Positions 60,828 through 64,000 of a stretch of DNA of 64,000 bases are shown in pieces. The notes under the pieces are model-generated. The model saw nothing but the letters and a program-made list of their open reading frames with translations, was not told where the DNA came from and did no database searches. The stretch is taken from assembly GCA_043768465.1 (NCBI GenBank), contig JAYVKL010000045.1, forward strand, positions 342 through 64,341. The letters run 5' to 3'. Numbering within the stretch: the stretch's first letter is position 1; every line of letters starts with the position of its first letter. Made by a program: the position numbers and the translations under genes. The DNA is from Pyrinomonadaceae bacterium. GTDB lineage: Bacteria > Acidobacteriota > Blastocatellia > Pyrinomonadales > Pyrinomonadaceae.

Positions 60828-62429
60828 CTAAAGAATTTCCTTTGCCACTCGCACGCCGTGGTAAAACGCTTCTTCAAAAAGCGCGATGCCGCTCAAATCG
60901 GAATGCGCGAAATGGATGTTTCTAAACGGTTTCTGCGCTTGTTCCCGCGAGCCGTTCCATAAAAAATTTGTGCGCGGCGAAATCATCGCGTGTCCCCAGC
61001 GCATCACGTCAATTCGTTCGGTCAACTCTCGAATGTTCGGATGCGCTCTGGATAAATCGGTTAAAACGATGTCGGCGAGTTCCTGAAAATCAAGCCCGAA
61101 AAGTTTGGCGCGTCCGTTTTCTTCGCCGCACATCGGATAATAATAGGTGAAAACCGCCGCGCCGTAATCAACGCCTTTTTGATGCGTCGAATTGACGTAG
61201 CCGAGCGACGGACTTTCGTATAGAACATTGTCCCACGCGAGCGGAAAATCCTTCGGGAAACGGTTTTTCGGACGGTCTTTCAAAAACAGATTCGCCACAA
61301 ACCAGGCGTTATGTTCAAATTCCTTGACGTATTGGGGCGGATTCGTTTTGAAATCTCGAATCAAGTATTTCGCCGTAAAAACCGGCGCGGCGAAAATCGC
61401 CTTTTCCGCGTGAATGCCGCGAATTTCATTGGTTTCCGTGTTCAGATAAATCACGTCAACGCCTTTTTCGTGCGGAATAATTTCGAGCGCAAGCGTTTTC
61501 AAACGAGTTTTGTCTTTAACTTTATCGGCTAAAAAATTGACGAATCTGCCGTTGCCTTCGGGAAAAGTAATAAAAGGCTGCGATTCTTCGCCCGATTTTC
61601 GGACCCGCGAACAGAAATAAAAAAGTCCCGCCCAAGCCGAAGTTTGCTCCAACTTTAAACCGTAATCGTCGCGGGTGGCGTAATCGCAATACCAAAACAG
61701 ACGCTCCGACGAAAAGCCTTTCCGCCTGAGCCAATCGCCGAACGAAATTTTGTCGAGCGCGACGGCTTCCGCGTCATTTGAACAATCGGCAACCGGCAAA
61801 GTGAAAGCGCGTCTGCCTTGTGAATCGCGCCAATTAACCCAAAAATTAATTTCACTTTGAAACGATTTTAATTGATTTTTATCATCTTCCGACGCGCCGG
61901 TGTTCAAATATAAACCTTCATACCAGCGACCTTTATAGAAACTTCGTTCTTCCGGTTCGCGGCACAAAAACTGTTCTTTGACGATGATTTCGCCGTGTTC
62001 GTTTCTGCCTTCGGTCAGATTCATCTCGTCGAGCAGTGCGATCAATTCGGCGTTTTCCCGAAACGGAACCGGCAAATAATGTGCGCCCCACGGATAAGAA
62101 ACGATGCTTGAAGTCCCGCTCTGCGCCGTGCCGCCGATTTTATTTTCTAATTCTAAAAGCACGAAATCGTTGAAATTATTTTTCCGAAATTTCCAAGCCG
62201 CGCTCAAACCCGCCGCGCCGCCGCCGATGATGGCGACTTTCACGTTTTCCCAATTGTTCACGGGAACTTCCGAGTTTCGCAACTCGCGCAAAATATGTCC
62301 GACGTTGACGTTTGCACCGACGATTTCGCCGGCGATGGCAGAGTTTTCAAAATTTGATTTGCACGCCGCAAGCGCGAACGGCAAGCCTAAAAATGCTGCG
62401 AGAATTTCGCGCCGGGTGAATTTTGACAT
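60828..62429 (-). CDS. Tat-exported FAD/NAD(P)-binding oxidoreductase (amine-oxidase-like)
   Basis: Twin-arginine leader MSKFTRREILAAFLGLPFALAAC. Dinucleotide-binding VAIIGGGAAGLSAAW. Its ATG overlaps the PIN gene stop (TAATG). Confidence 0.7.
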   Translation of the reverse strand: MSKFTRREILAAFLGLPFALAACKSNFENSAIAGEIVGANVNVGHILRELRNSEVPVNNWENVKVAIIGGGAAGLSAAWKFRKNNFNDFVLLELENKIGGTAQSGTSSIVSYPWGAHYLPVPFRENAELIALLDEMNLTEGRNEHGEIIVKEQFLCREPEERSFYKGRWYEGLYLNTGASEDDKNQLKSFQSEINFWVNWRDSQGRRAFTLPVADCSNDAEAVALDKISFGDWLRRKGFSSERLFWYCDYATRDDYGLKLEQTSAWAGLFYFCSRVRKSGEESQPFITFPEGNGRFVNFLADKVKDKTRLKTLALEIIPHEKGVDVIYLNTETNEIRGIHAEKAIFAAPVFTAKYLIRDFKTNPPQYVKEFEHNAWFVANLFLKDRPKNRFPKDFPLAWDNVLYESPSLGYVNSTHQKGVDYGAAVFTYYYPMCGEENGRAKLFGLDFQELADIVLTDLSRAHPNIRELTERIDVMRWGHAMISPRTNFLWNGSREQAQKPFRNIHFAHSDLSGIALFEEAFYHGVRVAKEIL

Positions 62430-62875
62430 TATAATTCGAGGGTGTCGAGGATGATCATTCGGAGTTCGGTAACACGCCTTAAACCGTTGTCATTGCACAG
62501 AAAAGCATCGCAATTATTTTCCAAAGCGGTGGCGATTTGCAGCGCGTCCGGCGTTCGCAGATTGTATTTGGCGCGAAGTTCGGCGGCGCGTTCGGCGATT
62601 GAGGCGGTCAGAGAAAAAAGCTGAAAATTTGTTCCGTTGAAGAGTAAATCGCGGTAGTCGTCGGCTAAAGTTTGATTATTTCGGCGCAACGGTTGAACTA
62701 AAACTTCCGTGAGCGTGATGACCGAACTGCACGACTGAAAATCGCTGTCGGTGATGCGCTTGAAAATTTCGCGCATCAAATCAACGTAAAGCGGATTTTG
62801 TTCGACAAAATAAATAAACGGCGAAGTGTCAAGACTTAGAAAATCAACATTTTCCAGAGCATCGTCTAATTTCAT
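62429..62875 (-). CDS. PIN-domain toxin (VapC-like)
   Basis: LSLDTSPFIYF (N-terminal acidic residue), TLTEVL, and LRTPDALQIATA. Start placed at ATG 62875, overlapping the antitoxin stop (TAATG). Confidence 0.7.
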   Translation of the reverse strand: MKLDDALENVDFLSLDTSPFIYFVEQNPLYVDLMREIFKRITDSDFQSCSSVITLTEVLVQPLRRNNQTLADDYRDLLFNGTNFQLFSLTASIAERAAELRAKYNLRTPDALQIATALENNCDAFLCNDNGLRRVTELRMIILDTLEL

Positions 62876-63099
62876 TACGGACGATGCTCCCACTCGTTTC
62901 TTAACTCGTCAACGTATTCCTGCGCGTCTATGCCTTTCCAAACTTCCTTTCCCAAACCTTCGAGTTCGAGCAGACTGCGTTTCGGTTTCTCAGCCTCCGT
63001 TTCGGCTAAATCGCTTGAAACTTTTGCGATCAAACGCAGTTTTTCGCGGTTCGGCAAAGGTTTGACGTGCTGCTGATAAATTTCTTCGGCGGTCTGCAT
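62875..63099 (-). CDS. Putative antitoxin of the PIN toxin
   Basis: 74 aa, immediately upstream of and overlapping the PIN gene. The C-terminal LLELEGLGKEVWKGIDAQEYVDELRNEW resembles small antitoxins commonly paired with PIN toxins. Confidence 0.55.
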   Translation of the reverse strand: MQTAEEIYQQHVKPLPNREKLRLIAKVSSDLAETEAEKPKRSLLELEGLGKEVWKGIDAQEYVDELRNEWEHRP

Positions 63100-63139
63100 A
63101 TATTTTTCTCCTTGTCTCCAATACCGATTTTACAATAAT

Positions 63140-64000
63140 TTACTCGAATCTTCGCCATTCCGCTTCGTAATAGCGCACGAGCGATTGATTATCAAGCCGG
63201 TTGATTTCGATTGTTTCGTTCGGCAAATTTATGTCCGCCGAAAACTCGAACATCGCCGCCAGAGTTTTGTCGTTCAAAAATTTAAGTTCGATATTTTCGG
63301 GCAATTTCGAAGGTGCGTCGAACGGCTGAAGTTTTGCCAGCGCGTAGCCCCAAACGCCGAAACTCGGCACGGTCGTTTGGTAAGGTTTGACGGTAAAACC
63401 AACCGATTCAAGCGTTTTGATAATGCACCAGAAGGATTTTCGCGCCATCAGCGGCGAAGTCGTTTGGATGACGACTGCCGAATCGGGTTTTAATTTACGC
63501 TTCAAAAGATTGTAAAAGCGCGTCGTGTAAAGTTTTCCCAAAGCGAAATTGTTCGGGTCGGGAAAATCAACGATTGCTACGTCGAACGGTTCGGTTTCAA
63601 TCGAATCGAGCCAGACGAAGGCATCGGCGTTGACGACGGAAACCTTTGGATTGTCGAACGAATGCCGGTTTAATTCGCCCAACGCCGGAACCTTTTTTGA
63701 GATGCGCGTCATCGCCGGATCGAGGTCAACGAGTTGAATTGATTCGACTGACGGATACTTTAAAATCTCGCGCAATGCCAAACCGTCGCCGCCGCCTAAG
63801 ACTAAAACGCGCTTCGGATTTGCGCCGAACGCGGCAAACGGCGGATGCACCAACGCTTCGTGATAACGGTATTCGTCAAACGAATTAAATTGCAGGTTGC
63901 CGTTCAAAAAAAGGGCGTAGCCGGTTTTGCCTTTGGTCACGACGATGCGCTGATACGACGAACTTTCGGCGTAGATTATGTTGTCGGTAAAAAGCGAATC
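63140..64000 (-). CDS. Spermidine-synthase-like polyamine aminopropyltransferase (5' end outside the window)
   Basis: YHEALVHPP, VLVLGGGDGLALREILKY and LVDLDPAM motifs. The frame stays open upstream of the track GTG start (…SSSYQRIVVTKGK…) to the window edge, so the gene is truncated by the window. Confidence 0.8.
   Translation of the reverse strand, partial: DSLFTDNIIYAESSSYQRIVVTKGKTGYALFLNGNLQFNSFDEYRYHEALVHPPFAAFGANPKRVLVLGGGDGLALREILKYPSVESIQLVDLDPAMTRISKKVPALGELNRHSFDNPKVSVVNADAFVWLDSIETEPFDVAIVDFPDPNNFALGKLYTTRFYNLLKRKLKPDSAVVIQTTSPLMARKSFWCIIKTLESVGFTVKPYQTTVPSFGVWGYALAKLQPFDAPSKLPENIELKFLNDKTLAAMFEFSADINLPNETIEINRLDNQSLVRYYEAEWRRFE

Overview
This is a 64-kb chromosomal segment from a Gram-negative bacterium, roughly 50% GC by eye. 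No search tools were available, so all family names rest on motifs I recognise. Two secreted VWA proteins and a TonB receptor with a carboxypeptidase-regulatory N-domain hint at Acidobacteriota, but that is inference only.

Core genes present:
- ligA, a guaD-like deaminase, pgsA, tRNA-Thr(UGU), glgC, sua5/tsaC, uvrC, queA, serS, galU, tal and hldD.
- The minus-strand string rplU-rpmA-obg-nadD-rsfS-rlmH-dksA-like.
- A B12 uptake locus (TonB receptor plus BtuF/C/D-like importer) gated by two cobalamin riboswitches.

Accessory content:
- A class-II-like Fic protein with an AT-rich C-terminal extension.
- A visibly AT-rich island wedged against uvrC, carrying a GmrSD-like DUF262/DUF1524 enzyme and a BrnT/BrnA pair.
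- An orphan ImmA/IrrE-like peptidase directly upstream of a GAF-PP2C phosphatase.
- A VapBC-like pair translationally coupled inside a speE-like/FAD-oxidoreductase operon.
- One ISAs1-family IS with an in-frame stop.

I found no CRISPR array, Cas genes, reverse transcriptase or prophage.

The most unusual signal is not a gene. The window is saturated with structured short repeats:
- About 20 hairpins have arms built from tandem 7-nt (sometimes 8-10-nt) units. Three of them, unrelated in sequence, share exactly the same dimensions: a 32-bp stem and a 9-nt loop.
- The same heptamer tracts sit in frame inside at least seven proteins, including NadD and Sua5.
- They also fill the variable stem of both riboswitches.
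- At least four dispersed families of 70-150-bp elements with terminal inverted repeats occupy the intergenic spacers. Rep-A alone has 7 copies.

This repeat system is my best candidate for something undescribed. All functional interpretations of it are inference.
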